A model generated the notes under the pieces. That model was not told where the DNA came from, made no database searches, and worked only from the letters and a program-made list of their open reading frames with translations. A DNA stretch of 64,000 nucleotides, taken from IMG/VR virus record IMGVR_UViG_3300023110_000006; one strand, written 5' to 3'. Below are positions 19,374 through 29,534 of this stretch, piece by piece. Positions within the stretch are counted from its first letter, which is position 1. Every line of letters starts with the position of its first letter. Both the position numbers and the translations under genes were made by a program. Source of the DNA: a virus.

Positions 19374-21419
19374 ATGAAAGACTTGAATAAAATAGCATCT
19401 GAACTTTTTGCAAAATTACGTGGTAAATTTAAAGAAATTACTATAGGTAATGAAGCAGGAGATATAACAAATCTACCTGAAGAAGGCAGATTTTATGAAT
19501 TTACATTTAACGGTAAAAAAGTTAGTGTTAGTTTAGATGAAGAAAACGTTGCTGTCATGTATAGTGAAAAACTATTCGACGACGACGAAGGTGCTACAAA
19601 AAAGTCTTGGTATGATTTTTTGAAAGAACTACGGGAGTTTGCACGTAAAAGACTTTTAAATTTTGATACCCGAAATATACAAAAAACAAATTTAGATAGA
19701 AGAGACTATAAATTTTTAGCAAAGAACAATACTTCCGGAGAAGATACCATGACAGAATCAAAACTTTACGGAACGTCAAAAGTAAGTTATCAAGACGTTG
19801 ACAACGCAAAGATTGTTATTAAACATACAGAGAGCGTTGGTGAAAATAGAAATATCAAAATAGGTAGCATTTATATTGAAAGCTCAAATGGAGAACGTTT
19901 TAAGTATCCATTTAGACATATCAATGGTGCTAGAGCAATGGCAAGGCATGTAAGTGAAGGCGGCAATCCTTATGACGACTTTGGTAAACACATTGTTGGA
20001 CTTTCGGAAGAGTTAAACAAATTACGTAAATTTAAAACATATATGTCAAGAAGCGGTGTCATGGCCGAAGGTCTTGCACAATACATGGATATTGTAAATG
20101 AGCGTTTAGATTCTGTTAAAGATACAATTTTTAAATTACAAAGAACATCTGCATACAAAGAAGCATTTGAAAGTTTTGAATCTAAAGTATTAGAAGAAGT
20201 TCCAGCAGATGTTGCAGGTGATTGGATAGACCAACTTACTATTAGACAATTTAATGAAGAACTGAAAGACGTATTTCCTTATATCTATAGATTAGTAAGC
20301 GAAGCCACAGCAGTGAAAGAATTAGGTCCAGATGAATTAGTTGCAGAAGCAAGCGATGAAGAAGTAGACGGAGAGATTACCAAAGACTCAGTCAAGAAGA
20401 GTGCATTAGAATTACTAGTAGATATTGCAAAAACTTCTAAACAATACAAAGGTGAAGTCACAGACGACCAAGTTCATTATTTAGGCAGTCTTGTACACGA
20501 TTTTGATATGGCTGGTATTGAAACAGAAAAGTATAGTGAAATAGAAAAATTATTCAGAACAGCGTCAAAAACTAATAAAGCAGACATGTCAATGATTCAA
20601 CCAGCATATGCCCAAGCAAAGACATTAGACGAAGGCGGAATGAAAGATCAGCTTATCGACGCAATGGAAAAGATTGCAAGTGATACTAGCGGACAGTTGC
20701 TATACAAAGCATTAAGTAAAGGCTCAATGGGTCCAGACGTACAAAACTATCTACAAGATATGTACGATGAAGTGGCGAGAGATAATGGATGGCATCCAGA
20801 TGATGACCATGACGAAATCGAACAACGCATGTGGGATGAAATTAATGACGAATATGGAATGGGCGAAGGTATTCCTACTACAGACGACATTGAAGCGGCA
20901 TTTGATAAATCAATGGGACAATTTAGTGATAAAGAAATTCCAGTAACAATAGGCAAAGATGGTAGCATGGCTAAAATAAATCCAGACGATGAAGATGAAA
21001 AACCAGAGCCAACAGTTTCATTGCCTGAAAAGATTTTATCATTATTTGATAGAGAAAAGGGAATGTTTCCAAAAGGAGAAACAGCAATACTAACAATGGT
21101 TGAAAAGGATTATGGTGAGGAACATATTGAGCCAGCAAAAGATTTTATTGAAAGAATTAAGGCAAAATATGAAGAAGTAATGATTCCTATGGAACCAGTA
21201 GAAGATGAGGGCGATATGCAAATTGAGTTCAAAACGGACACAAAGGACAAAGAAGACTTAGACGCAAAGCAAAAAGAACTGGAGCGTATTAAAAGAGACA
21301 AAAATACACATAAAGATCCAGAACTTAAGACAGCATTAATGAAACGTCAAGCAGAGCTTAATAAAGACAAAGAAGCTATGGCGGCTATGGAAACTTTAAA
21401 GTCACTAGCAGGAATTTAA
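19374..21419 (+). CDS. Large acidic hypothetical late protein (possible internal head protein)
   Basis: Late promoter GATAAATA 5 nt before the ATG; conserved-looking GARAMARH core; ends LKSLAGI. Confidence 0.6.
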   Translation: MKDLNKIASELFAKLRGKFKEITIGNEAGDITNLPEEGRFYEFTFNGKKVSVSLDEENVAVMYSEKLFDDDEGATKKSWYDFLKELREFARKRLLNFDTRNIQKTNLDRRDYKFLAKNNTSGEDTMTESKLYGTSKVSYQDVDNAKIVIKHTESVGENRNIKIGSIYIESSNGERFKYPFRHINGARAMARHVSEGGNPYDDFGKHIVGLSEELNKLRKFKTYMSRSGVMAEGLAQYMDIVNERLDSVKDTIFKLQRTSAYKEAFESFESKVLEEVPADVAGDWIDQLTIRQFNEELKDVFPYIYRLVSEATAVKELGPDELVAEASDEEVDGEITKDSVKKSALELLVDIAKTSKQYKGEVTDDQVHYLGSLVHDFDMAGIETEKYSEIEKLFRTASKTNKADMSMIQPAYAQAKTLDEGGMKDQLIDAMEKIASDTSGQLLYKALSKGSMGPDVQNYLQDMYDEVARDNGWHPDDDHDEIEQRMWDEINDEYGMGEGIPTTDDIEAAFDKSMGQFSDKEIPVTIGKDGSMAKINPDDEDEKPEPTVSLPEKILSLFDREKGMFPKGETAILTMVEKDYGEEHIEPAKDFIERIKAKYEEVMIPMEPVEDEGDMQIEFKTDTKDKEDLDAKQKELERIKRDKNTHKDPELKTALMKRQAELNKDKEAMAAMETLKSLAGI

Positions 21420-21448
21420 TAAAAAAATCAATTTATTAGCAAAAAGAG

Positions 21449-21478
21449 GTTGACTTTTGCTAATTAATATCGTATAGT
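21449..21478 (+). promoter_or_regulatory. Sigma70-type promoter for gp32/uvsX
   Basis: GTTGACT-17 nt-TATAGT. Confidence 0.65.
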
Positions 21479-21544
21479 ACATAATATGTGCTGTACAAAA
21501 CAACTAGGCACAAAGCTAAAGGCAACAAATAGGAGGCATATAAT

Positions 21545-22546
21545 ATGGCATCATTAGCTGAAATCCGAGCAAAGCTCAAAGAACAAGAGAACCGCACAAG
21601 TGGTAACTCTTCCGGCGGCGGCGACAACGCAATTTACCCATTTTGGAATATGAAAGAAGGCGACACTGCAACGTTGCGTTTCTTACCTGATGGGAATAAA
21701 GATAACACTTTTTTCTGGGTAGAACGTTTGTTAATTAAACTTCCGTTCCAAGGTATTAAAGGTGAAACTGATTCACGTCCAGTACAAGTACAAGTTCCAT
21801 GTATGGAAATGTATGGAGAATCATGTAATATTCTTAATGAAGTACGTGGTTGGTTTAAAGATCCAAGTCTTGAAGATATGGGTCGTAAATATTGGAAGAA
21901 ACGTTCATATGTATTCCAAGGTTTTGTAACTGATAATCCTTTATCGGAAGATACAACTCCAGAAAATCCAATTAGACGTTTTATAATTGGTCCGCAAATT
22001 TTCCAAATCATCAAGCAAGCATTGATGGATCCAGACATGGAAGAATTGCCAACTGATTACACAGCTGGTGTAGACTTCCGTCTTAACAAAGCAAGCAAAG
22101 GCGGTTATGCTGACTATTCAACATCAACTTGGGCACGTAGAGATCGTCCATTAGGTGATTCAGAAATGAATGCTATTAATACGCATGGGTTGTTTAACCT
22201 AAGTGATTTCCTTCCTAAAAAACCAGGTGATGTAGAACTTAAAGTTATGCAAGAAATGTTTGAAGCATCAGTAGATGGTGAAGCATACGATATGGACAGA
22301 TTTGGTCAATATTTCCGTCCAGCAGGTATGGCGGCACGTACAGGTGATCCAAAAGCACAAGCAACACAAGCAACACCTGTTGCAACAAAAACAGAAGCAC
22401 CTAAGCAAGCTGAACCAGTTGTAGAAACAGCACCTGCAACTGCACCAGTAGCAGAAGCGGCTCCTGTTGCTGAAACTGCTCCAACAGCATCTGGTGGTGA
22501 TGCACAAGACATTCTAGCAATGATCCGTGCAAGACAAAACCAGTAA
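21545..22546 (+). CDS. Single-stranded DNA-binding protein (gp32-like)
   Basis: LRFLPD, YWKKRSY, GVDF, GGYADYSTS; Ala/Pro-rich linker; adjacent to uvsX. Confidence 0.85.
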   Translation: MASLAEIRAKLKEQENRTSGNSSGGGDNAIYPFWNMKEGDTATLRFLPDGNKDNTFFWVERLLIKLPFQGIKGETDSRPVQVQVPCMEMYGESCNILNEVRGWFKDPSLEDMGRKYWKKRSYVFQGFVTDNPLSEDTTPENPIRRFIIGPQIFQIIKQALMDPDMEELPTDYTAGVDFRLNKASKGGYADYSTSTWARRDRPLGDSEMNAINTHGLFNLSDFLPKKPGDVELKVMQEMFEASVDGEAYDMDRFGQYFRPAGMAARTGDPKAQATQATPVATKTEAPKQAEPVVETAPATAPVAEAAPVAETAPTASGGDAQDILAMIRARQNQ

Positions 22547-22593
22547 ACAAAATATGTGGGGGGAAACCCCCACACTAACTTTAAGGAGTAACT

Positions 22594-23673
22594 ATGGCAA
22601 AAGCATTTGATCCTAGTAAATTTAGGACATCATTAACGAAATCTATTTCAGGTATGAGTGCAGGATTTAACGATCCAACTGATTGGATTTCAACAGGCAA
22701 CTATGCACTCAACTATCTAGTATCAGGAGACTTCCATAAAGGTGTTCCACTAGGTAAAGTAACTGTATTTGCAGGCGAAAGTGGTGCAGGTAAAAGTTAT
22801 ATTTGTGCAGGTAACATTGTGAAAGCCGCACAAGAGCAAGGTATCTTTGTAGTTCTAATTGATAGTGAAAACGCTCTTGACGAAGCGTGGTTACATGCAC
22901 TTGATGTAGATACAAGCGAAGATAAACTACTTAAACTTAACATGTCAATGATCGATGACGTTGCTAAAACTATTAGTGTGTTTATGGCAGACTACAAAGC
23001 AATGGACGAAGAAGAACGACCTAAGGTGTTGTTTGTTATTGATAGTTTAGGTATGTTACTAACACCTACAGATGTTGATCAGTTTAACAAGGGTGATATG
23101 AAAGGTGATATGGGCCGTAAGCCTAAGGCACTAACTGCACTTGTTCGTAACACAGTTAACATGATTGGTTCACATAACGTAGGACTTGTATGTACTAACC
23201 ATACGTATGCATCGCAAGATATGTTTGACCCAGATGACAAGATCTCAGGCGGTCAAGGATTTATCTATGCATCTTCGATTGTTGTAGCAATGAAAAAACT
23301 AAAACTAAAAGAAGATGAAGATGGCAACAAGATCAGCGAAGTACGTGGTATTCGTGCTGGTTGTAAAGTAATGAAAACACGTTACGCAAAACCTTTCGAA
23401 GGCGTACAAGTAAAGATTCCTTATGAAACAGGAATGAATCCTTACAGCGGACTTGTTGAACTTTTTGAAAAACAAGGTATGATTGTTAAAGATGGAAATA
23501 GGTTAAAGTATATAGATTCATCTGGTACAGAACACAAAGAGTACAGAAAAAATTGGACGGGTGAATTACTCGATATGGTAATGAATGATTATAAAAATCT
23601 AGAGTCAGAGGTAAATACCGCAGACGACGATGTCATAGAAAACCATAACGAGGAGCCTGTATTAAATGACTGA
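22594..23673 (+). CDS. uvsX: RecA-like recombinase UvsX
   Basis: GESGAGKS, IDSENALD, IDSLGML, DMGRKPK, NHTY, ISGGQG. Confidence 0.95.
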   Translation: MAKAFDPSKFRTSLTKSISGMSAGFNDPTDWISTGNYALNYLVSGDFHKGVPLGKVTVFAGESGAGKSYICAGNIVKAAQEQGIFVVLIDSENALDEAWLHALDVDTSEDKLLKLNMSMIDDVAKTISVFMADYKAMDEEERPKVLFVIDSLGMLLTPTDVDQFNKGDMKGDMGRKPKALTALVRNTVNMIGSHNVGLVCTNHTYASQDMFDPDDKISGGQGFIYASSIVVAMKKLKLKEDEDGNKISEVRGIRAGCKVMKTRYAKPFEGVQVKIPYETGMNPYSGLVELFEKQGMIVKDGNRLKYIDSSGTEHKEYRKNWTGELLDMVMNDYKNLESEVNTADDDVIENHNEEPVLND

Positions 23674-23902
23674 AGAACAAATTCAAGAAATTTGGAATAC
23701 CTTTAAAGAGTATCTTGACAAAAAACACATAGAAACTGCCGCAGAAAGATTTGTTGATCTTATGGCAGACTATGGTGTTGAGGACAAAACATTTTATGAT
23801 TCTTTAGGTAATGACGAAGTATTAGATAATGCTATTAACTATTACTTAGATGAAGATGCAGAAGATGTTTATGATGATGAAGATGAGGATTACTGGAATT
23901 AG
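23666..23902 (+). CDS. Small acidic hypothetical protein
   Basis: GGAG RBS; lies between uvsX and uvsY. Confidence 0.6.
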   Translation: MTEEQIQEIWNTFKEYLDKKHIETAAERFVDLMADYGVEDKTFYDSLGNDEVLDNAINYYLDEDAEDVYDDEDEDYWN

Positions 23903-23904
23903 CA

Positions 23905-24360
23905 ATGGGTTGGTATAGCGAAATATCTCGTGATATAAGTAAGATTCCTACAGCAATACAATTCTTTGAAAGCGAATTACACGATGCTAGATTAGAATGT
24001 AAATTGTCAGGCAACTTAGAAAAAGCGAGTGCGGCTATGCCAGGCATTGTTGAACACCGTTTCAATCAACTTCAGGAAATTGAAGCTATACTAAACTATT
24101 TGAATATTGAGCTACGTAGATTGCGTAGCTCATATTTTAAAAAATATCTTGAAAACTACCAACGTGCATTAAGCAGTCGTGATGTTGAAAAATATGTCGA
24201 TGGCGAAGCAGATGTTGTTGACTACGAAAAAATTATTAATGAATTTGCACTTATTCGTAACAAATGGTTAGGTGTGTTAAAAGCACTTGATCAGAAACAA
24301 TGGCAAATAACAAACATTGTTAAACTACGAGTAGCCGGAATGGAAGATGCATCAATTTAA
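23905..24360 (+). CDS. uvsY: Recombination mediator UvsY-like
   Basis: Helical 151 aa with KYVDGEADV...KALDQKQWQITNIVKLRVAG; next to uvsX. Confidence 0.75.
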   Translation: MGWYSEISRDISKIPTAIQFFESELHDARLECKLSGNLEKASAAMPGIVEHRFNQLQEIEAILNYLNIELRRLRSSYFKKYLENYQRALSSRDVEKYVDGEADVVDYEKIINEFALIRNKWLGVLKALDQKQWQITNIVKLRVAGMEDASI

Positions 24361-24377
24361 TTAAATTAAATATTGGT

Positions 24378-25166
24378 ATGAAATATACCTTTGTTACAAG
24401 TCTAAATAAAGACTACTGGAATTCAACAAGTAAAATTAATTTAGAAAGCTGGTGCAACTGCTTACCAGACGATGTAAATATCGTTGTTTACAGTGAAGAT
24501 TTAATACACACTGACAGAGTTAACAAACGTTTAGTTTACAAGCCTTTGTACGACTTATGTAAACCTTTAGTTGAGTTTAAATTAAAACATAAAGATAATC
24601 CTCATTACAATGGGCAAATAGGACGCAAGTTAGAAGGCAGTTCAAAAGCATTTAAATGGAATGGAATAAAGTTTGCTCATAAAACATTTTCTATTTTTAC
24701 AGAAGCTAAGACACTTGATGAAGGATATTTGATATGGTTAGATGCTGACGTCCTAATGCATCAGTTTATTGATCATGAATATTTAAAAAGATTATTTCCA
24801 GAAGACAAAGCTATATCTTACCTAGGACGTCCTAATGAATACGATGAATGCGGATTAATGGGTTATAATTTAAATAACCCACTAGCAAAAGATTTTTTAA
24901 ATAAGTTTGAAAATTTATACCTTACCGGTTTAGATCATTTGCGTGAAACACACGATAGTTGGGTCTTTTATCAATTGCGACTTAGCTATGATGATCAGAG
25001 TCAATTTTTAAATTTAAATCCCAATCCTGTGAATAATAAAAGTCCTTTTAACAATAGCGGTATAAAAGAAGTTATGGTACACACTAAAGGAAAAAACAAA
25101 GAACGTTTACAGCAAAAGTTTTTGAAACGCTTTATGTTAGAAGAAAGACGTAGACAAAATGCTTGA
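24378..25166 (+). CDS. Putative GT-A glycosyltransferase
   Basis: KFAHK, IWLDAD (DxD), ECG, HDSWVF, HTKG; paralog of 31289..32134. Confidence 0.65.
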   Translation: MKYTFVTSLNKDYWNSTSKINLESWCNCLPDDVNIVVYSEDLIHTDRVNKRLVYKPLYDLCKPLVEFKLKHKDNPHYNGQIGRKLEGSSKAFKWNGIKFAHKTFSIFTEAKTLDEGYLIWLDADVLMHQFIDHEYLKRLFPEDKAISYLGRPNEYDECGLMGYNLNNPLAKDFLNKFENLYLTGLDHLRETHDSWVFYQLRLSYDDQSQFLNLNPNPVNNKSPFNNSGIKEVMVHTKGKNKERLQQKFLKRFMLEERRRQNA

Positions 25167-25719
25167 AGAACATCTTGGCGGACATGGAAATAAAACACAT
25201 CTAGATGAAGGTGTTATTAACTGGTGTATAAAAACATTAGGTATAAAAAGCTATCTTGATATAGGTTGCGGTCCAGGCGGCATGGTTGAACTTGCTGAAG
25301 AGAAAAATTTAAAAGTATTAGGTGTAGATGGCGATCATACTCTTGAAAGAAAAAATGCTAACAATTTTTTAATTCATGATTTTACAAAAGGTCCTGCGCC
25401 TATAAAAGAAAAATATGATTTAGGTTGGAGTGTAGAATTTGTTGAACATGTGTACGAAGAATACCAACCAAATTATATGCCAGCATTTCAACAATGTAAG
25501 TATGTGATAATGACATACGCACCTCCAGGCTGGAAAGGTCATCATCATGTAAACTTGCAAGAAGAACAATATTGGATTGATAAATTTAAAGAATATGGAT
25601 TCTTTCATATAAGAGCATATACAGATGTAATTAGACAAGTGAGCACAATGAACGCACACAAACGTAAGAAAGCGTTTGTTCGAAATAGAGGATTATTTTT
25701 TGAAAATAGTAGCTATTAA
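25159..25719 (+). CDS. Class I SAM-dependent methyltransferase
   Basis: LDIGCGPG, GVDG, SVEFVEHV, GHHHVN. Confidence 0.8.
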   Translation: MLEEHLGGHGNKTHLDEGVINWCIKTLGIKSYLDIGCGPGGMVELAEEKNLKVLGVDGDHTLERKNANNFLIHDFTKGPAPIKEKYDLGWSVEFVEHVYEEYQPNYMPAFQQCKYVIMTYAPPGWKGHHHVNLQEEQYWIDKFKEYGFFHIRAYTDVIRQVSTMNAHKRKKAFVRNRGLFFENSSY

Positions 25720-26596
25720 AGAACTAATGTGGAGTTATCATCCTTTGCCTAAGGATTGGATAACTGTACCATTTAGTGACAAAGGTACAATAGAGAATGC
25801 AGATGTACTCGTGCAAAGTAATCAGTCCGGATCAAAAAAAGAAAAGAAAATAGGACACATTTACAAATATGTAAAAGAATCTGGTAAGCCTTTTATTGTA
25901 ACTGAAAGTGCAGTGTTTAGAAAAAATATGCCACAACCACCTAATCCAATGGCATATCACAGATACAGTTGGACAAGTTATTTTAGAGACGAAGGCGATT
26001 ACTGTAATGAAAATAGTCCATCAGATAGATGGGAGCAGGTTAAAAAAGATCAAAATCTTACAGTTAAAGATTGGCGCACAAAAGGTGATTATGTCCTTGT
26101 TATGCTACAACGTCCTGGAGATAGTAGCTTAGTAAATTTAATAAAGAAGCACAAAAGTTACGAAGGATTTGTAACGCATACACTACAAGAGATAAAGCAA
26201 AATACTGATAGACCTATTAGAGTACGTATGCATCCATTACGTCAAGATAGACAGTTAGCAATACTGAAGAACTTTGATGTTACTATAAGTGATAATATGG
26301 AAGGTGCAGGAATTTTAGAAGGTGGTACAGGATTACAAAAAGACTTTGATAATGCTTGGTGTGTTGTAGGCTTTAACAGTAACGGACTTACAGAAAGTGT
26401 TATGGAGGGAATACCAACATTCAGCATGTGTCCTAGTTCAATGGCTTGGGACGTTTCAAATAAAACATTAAAACTTATTGAACAGCCTATGATGTTTGAA
26501 AGACAACAATGGCTCAACAATCTAGCATATTGTCAATGGCGTGAAGATGAATGTGTAGCCGGATTGCCATGGGAGCACTTAAAGAAGGCTTTGTAA
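25676..26596 (+). CDS. KpsC/KpsS-like (capsule-synthesis family) glycosyltransferase
   Basis: QRPGD (QxxxD), RMHP, FNSNGLTESVMEGIP, RQQWLNNLAYCQW; true start may be ~25700. Confidence 0.55.
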   Translation: MFEIEDYFLKIVAIKELMWSYHPLPKDWITVPFSDKGTIENADVLVQSNQSGSKKEKKIGHIYKYVKESGKPFIVTESAVFRKNMPQPPNPMAYHRYSWTSYFRDEGDYCNENSPSDRWEQVKKDQNLTVKDWRTKGDYVLVMLQRPGDSSLVNLIKKHKSYEGFVTHTLQEIKQNTDRPIRVRMHPLRQDRQLAILKNFDVTISDNMEGAGILEGGTGLQKDFDNAWCVVGFNSNGLTESVMEGIPTFSMCPSSMAWDVSNKTLKLIEQPMMFERQQWLNNLAYCQWREDECVAGLPWEHLKKAL

Positions 26597-27190
26597 ATAC
26601 GGTTCAGTAATTTTTACATCTTCTTTAAAATAATCATTAATTAATGTATACAAATTTCCCGACTTTTTAAATTTTTCTGCAATTACATGTCCACCAAATA
26701 CAGTCTGTTTATTAATATTAGGAGTATCAGGCATCATACTCATATGTTTTTGATCTTTGGCTTTGTGTCCTGTAATTAAACAATAGTTGGTCCAGTTTAC
26801 AAACGTAGCTTTTGGATATTTAAATTTTTTCCAAGTTATTTGTTTACGCCATCTATCTTCCCAAGGAACTATTGTTTTGTCCATACTAAATTGAGGACTA
26901 AATGCAAGGACTTTTTGTGTGGGATAAAAATTACTAAACATAATTGCATTGAATCCTCCCATGCTATTACCTATAGCGTAGACGTTATAAGTTTTAATAT
27001 GTTTGGTTATTTCATTTATATCTATTGCACTGAAATAACTTTTATTATGATCTAACACCCATATTACATTATAACCATTATTTTTTAAATTATAGAATTC
27101 TCTATTAACACCTTGTATAGTGTTTCCAATACTAGAGAAACTTACTATTGTGTGTTTACTTCCTGTATATAAATGTTTGATCTCAACCAT
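26579..27190 (-). CDS. Alpha/beta-hydrolase-fold protein
   Basis: GNSMGG nucleophile elbow, AFSPQ. Confidence 0.65.
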   Translation of the reverse strand: MVEIKHLYTGSKHTIVSFSSIGNTIQGVNREFYNLKNNGYNVIWVLDHNKSYFSAIDINEITKHIKTYNVYAIGNSMGGFNAIMFSNFYPTQKVLAFSPQFSMDKTIVPWEDRWRKQITWKKFKYPKATFVNWTNYCLITGHKAKDQKHMSMMPDTPNINKQTVFGGHVIAEKFKKSGNLYTLINDYFKEDVKITEPYLQSLL

Positions 27191-27229
27191 AATATTATTT
27201 ATTGTAAAAGTGCGTATATAAATACCTAC

Positions 27230-28096
27230 ATGAAGACCTTACACACATTTGGCTGTTCAATTACACAAGGATATGCACTTCCTGATGTTGTAAATCCTGT
27301 TCTTAACGAGAATGGCGAGCCATACACTAAAGAAGAAATAAACGCTAAAAACATTAAAATTAATTGGGAAGACATTCATATTTTAAAACCTAGTGAACAT
27401 GCATGGCCAAAAATATTAGCTGATAAGCTAAATGTTCCGGTAATTAATCATGCACGTAGAGGAGCGTGTTTTCAGCAGATAGCGAGACAGTGTGCAGTAG
27501 GTGCAAAAGATATACAACCGGACGACACAGTAATAGTAATGTGGACATATATGTCTAGACTATCATTACAATGGCCTGCTAGAACATCGGTTCCTTTTTG
27601 TAACATAGCAGATTCAAATTGGGGATGGAAAACAGTAATATTAGGTTTTAATAGATTTTTTGGTTTGTCAGGATCAGATGAAAATACAAGTGAGGATGAT
27701 AAAGAAATACAAGAATACATCGAAAAATCTACAAAAGAAACGTATTTGGATCCAATGGGTGTATATAATAGATACTATAATAGTTTAGTATTACAGCAAA
27801 TGGTTGACGGATTTTTAAAAGCAACTGGTGCAAGGGTAATACATTTAAGTGTAGAGACTGAGTCTGTATTACGTCAACTTGAATTTGCAAGAGATGAACT
27901 GAGTAATACATTAAAAGAACCTTATAATATTCCAAGTCCAGATGAATGGTATAATTTAGATATAGATTACCAAAGCAGTTTTACGATATTAGATCCTAGT
28001 ATTCCTCCAGCAGAAAACGACATGCACCCTAGTGTTACTCACCATAAAAATTTTGCTGAATTGATTCATAAAAAATATTTTGAAGGACAAACATGA
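27230..28096 (+). CDS. SGNH-hydrolase-like protein
   Basis: FGCSIT block I, ARRG, DMHP near C-terminus; TATAAATA promoter 5 nt before the ATG. Confidence 0.55.
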   Translation: MKTLHTFGCSITQGYALPDVVNPVLNENGEPYTKEEINAKNIKINWEDIHILKPSEHAWPKILADKLNVPVINHARRGACFQQIARQCAVGAKDIQPDDTVIVMWTYMSRLSLQWPARTSVPFCNIADSNWGWKTVILGFNRFFGLSGSDENTSEDDKEIQEYIEKSTKETYLDPMGVYNRYYNSLVLQQMVDGFLKATGARVIHLSVETESVLRQLEFARDELSNTLKEPYNIPSPDEWYNLDIDYQSSFTILDPSIPPAENDMHPSVTHHKNFAELIHKKYFEGQT

Positions 28097-28863
28097 AAAC
28101 TATTGTATTAGTAACAGGAGGATTTGATCCTTTACATTCAGGCCATATTGAATATTTTAAGGCGGCTAAATCTTTAGGTGATGAATTACATGTAGGTTTA
28201 AATTCAGACGATTGGCTTACAAATAAAAAAGGACGTCCTTTTATGTCTTTTAAGGACAGAGCAAATGTTATTGAACAACTAAGTATTGTTGACAGAGTCA
28301 TAAGTTTTGATGACAGTGACGGCAGTGCATGTGGTGCAATCTATAAAACAATGGCAACTCATGGAGATGTTAAAATTGTTTTTGCTAACGGTGGAGATAG
28401 AACAAACACCACTACACCAGAATATGAAACATACGGAGAATTGCCTAAAGTTGAATTTGCGTTTGGTGTAGGTGGAGAAAATAAAATAAATTCTAGTAGT
28501 TGGATATTAGATGAATGGAAAGCGCCTAAAACAGAACGTAGTTGGGGGTATTATAGAGTGATACATGAATATGACAGACATACTAAAGTAAAAGAATTAA
28601 CAGTACCTCCGGGTAAAAGACTATCAATGCAAAGACATGCAGAACGTAGCGAACATTGGTTTGTAGCTGAAGGAACTGCAACAGTATATACTCTAGACAG
28701 TAGTTCCGACGTTGATTTACTTGGAGTTTATGAACAACACAGAAGTTTACACATACCTGTAAACACATGGCATCAACTTGTTAATGAACATAACGAACCA
28801 TTGAAATTAGTTGAAATACAATATGGAAAAAATTGTGTTGAGGAGGATATAGAAAGAAAATGA
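28093..28863 (+). CDS. Cytidylyltransferase fused to mannose-6-phosphate isomerase-type cupin
   Basis: TGGFDPLHSGH, FANGGDR; RSWGYY, LSMQRH, RSEHW, VEIQYG, EEDIER. Confidence 0.85.
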   Translation: MKTIVLVTGGFDPLHSGHIEYFKAAKSLGDELHVGLNSDDWLTNKKGRPFMSFKDRANVIEQLSIVDRVISFDDSDGSACGAIYKTMATHGDVKIVFANGGDRTNTTTPEYETYGELPKVEFAFGVGGENKINSSSWILDEWKAPKTERSWGYYRVIHEYDRHTKVKELTVPPGKRLSMQRHAERSEHWFVAEGTATVYTLDSSSDVDLLGVYEQHRSLHIPVNTWHQLVNEHNEPLKLVEIQYGKNCVEEDIERK

Positions 28864-29534
28864 AAATATTTGTAGGCTATGATACTAGAGAAGATATTGC
28901 ATATCAAGTGTGCAAGCACAGTATCGAAACAAGAAGTCCCGATGCAGATGTGCGTCCGTTAAAACAACAGGAATTAAGAGATGCAGGTTGGTATACTCGT
29001 CCAATAGATAAACTAGCATCAACTGAATTTACGTTTACACGGTTTCTTATACCTGAACTTGTAAATTTTGAAGGTTGGGCTGTGTTTATGGATTGTGATA
29101 TGATCTTAACAACAGATATAAAAGAACTGTTTGATCAAGCAGATGACAAGTATGCTGTAATGTGTGTACATCATGACTACAAAGTTAAAGAAGGTACAAA
29201 AATGGATGGACAAAAACAAACTATCTATCCACGTAAAAATTGGTCAAGTGTGATGTTGTTTAACTGTGGTCATCCTAGTAATGCAAAACTTACTATGGAT
29301 CTTGTTAATGATAAAGAAATTAATGGTGCCTACTTGCATAGATTTAGTTGGTTAAAAGATGAAGAAATTGGAGAATTGGATCATACTTGGAATTATCTTG
29401 TTGGTGTTTATGACGATGTAGAGACACCAAAACTAATACATTATACAGAAGGTGGTCCTTGGTTTGAAAACTACCGAAACTGTGAATACAATGAATTATG
29501 GAAACAGGAATTAAAATGCATGATGGATCTGTAA
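28860..29534 (+). CDS. Glycosyltransferase (GT-A, GT8-like)
   Basis: IFVGYD, STEFTFTRF, FMDCDM, YPRKNWSS, WNYL, HYTEGGPW. Confidence 0.8.
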   Translation: MKIFVGYDTREDIAYQVCKHSIETRSPDADVRPLKQQELRDAGWYTRPIDKLASTEFTFTRFLIPELVNFEGWAVFMDCDMILTTDIKELFDQADDKYAVMCVHHDYKVKEGTKMDGQKQTIYPRKNWSSVMLFNCGHPSNAKLTMDLVNDKEINGAYLHRFSWLKDEEIGELDHTWNYLVGVYDDVETPKLIHYTEGGPWFENYRNCEYNELWKQELKCMMDL

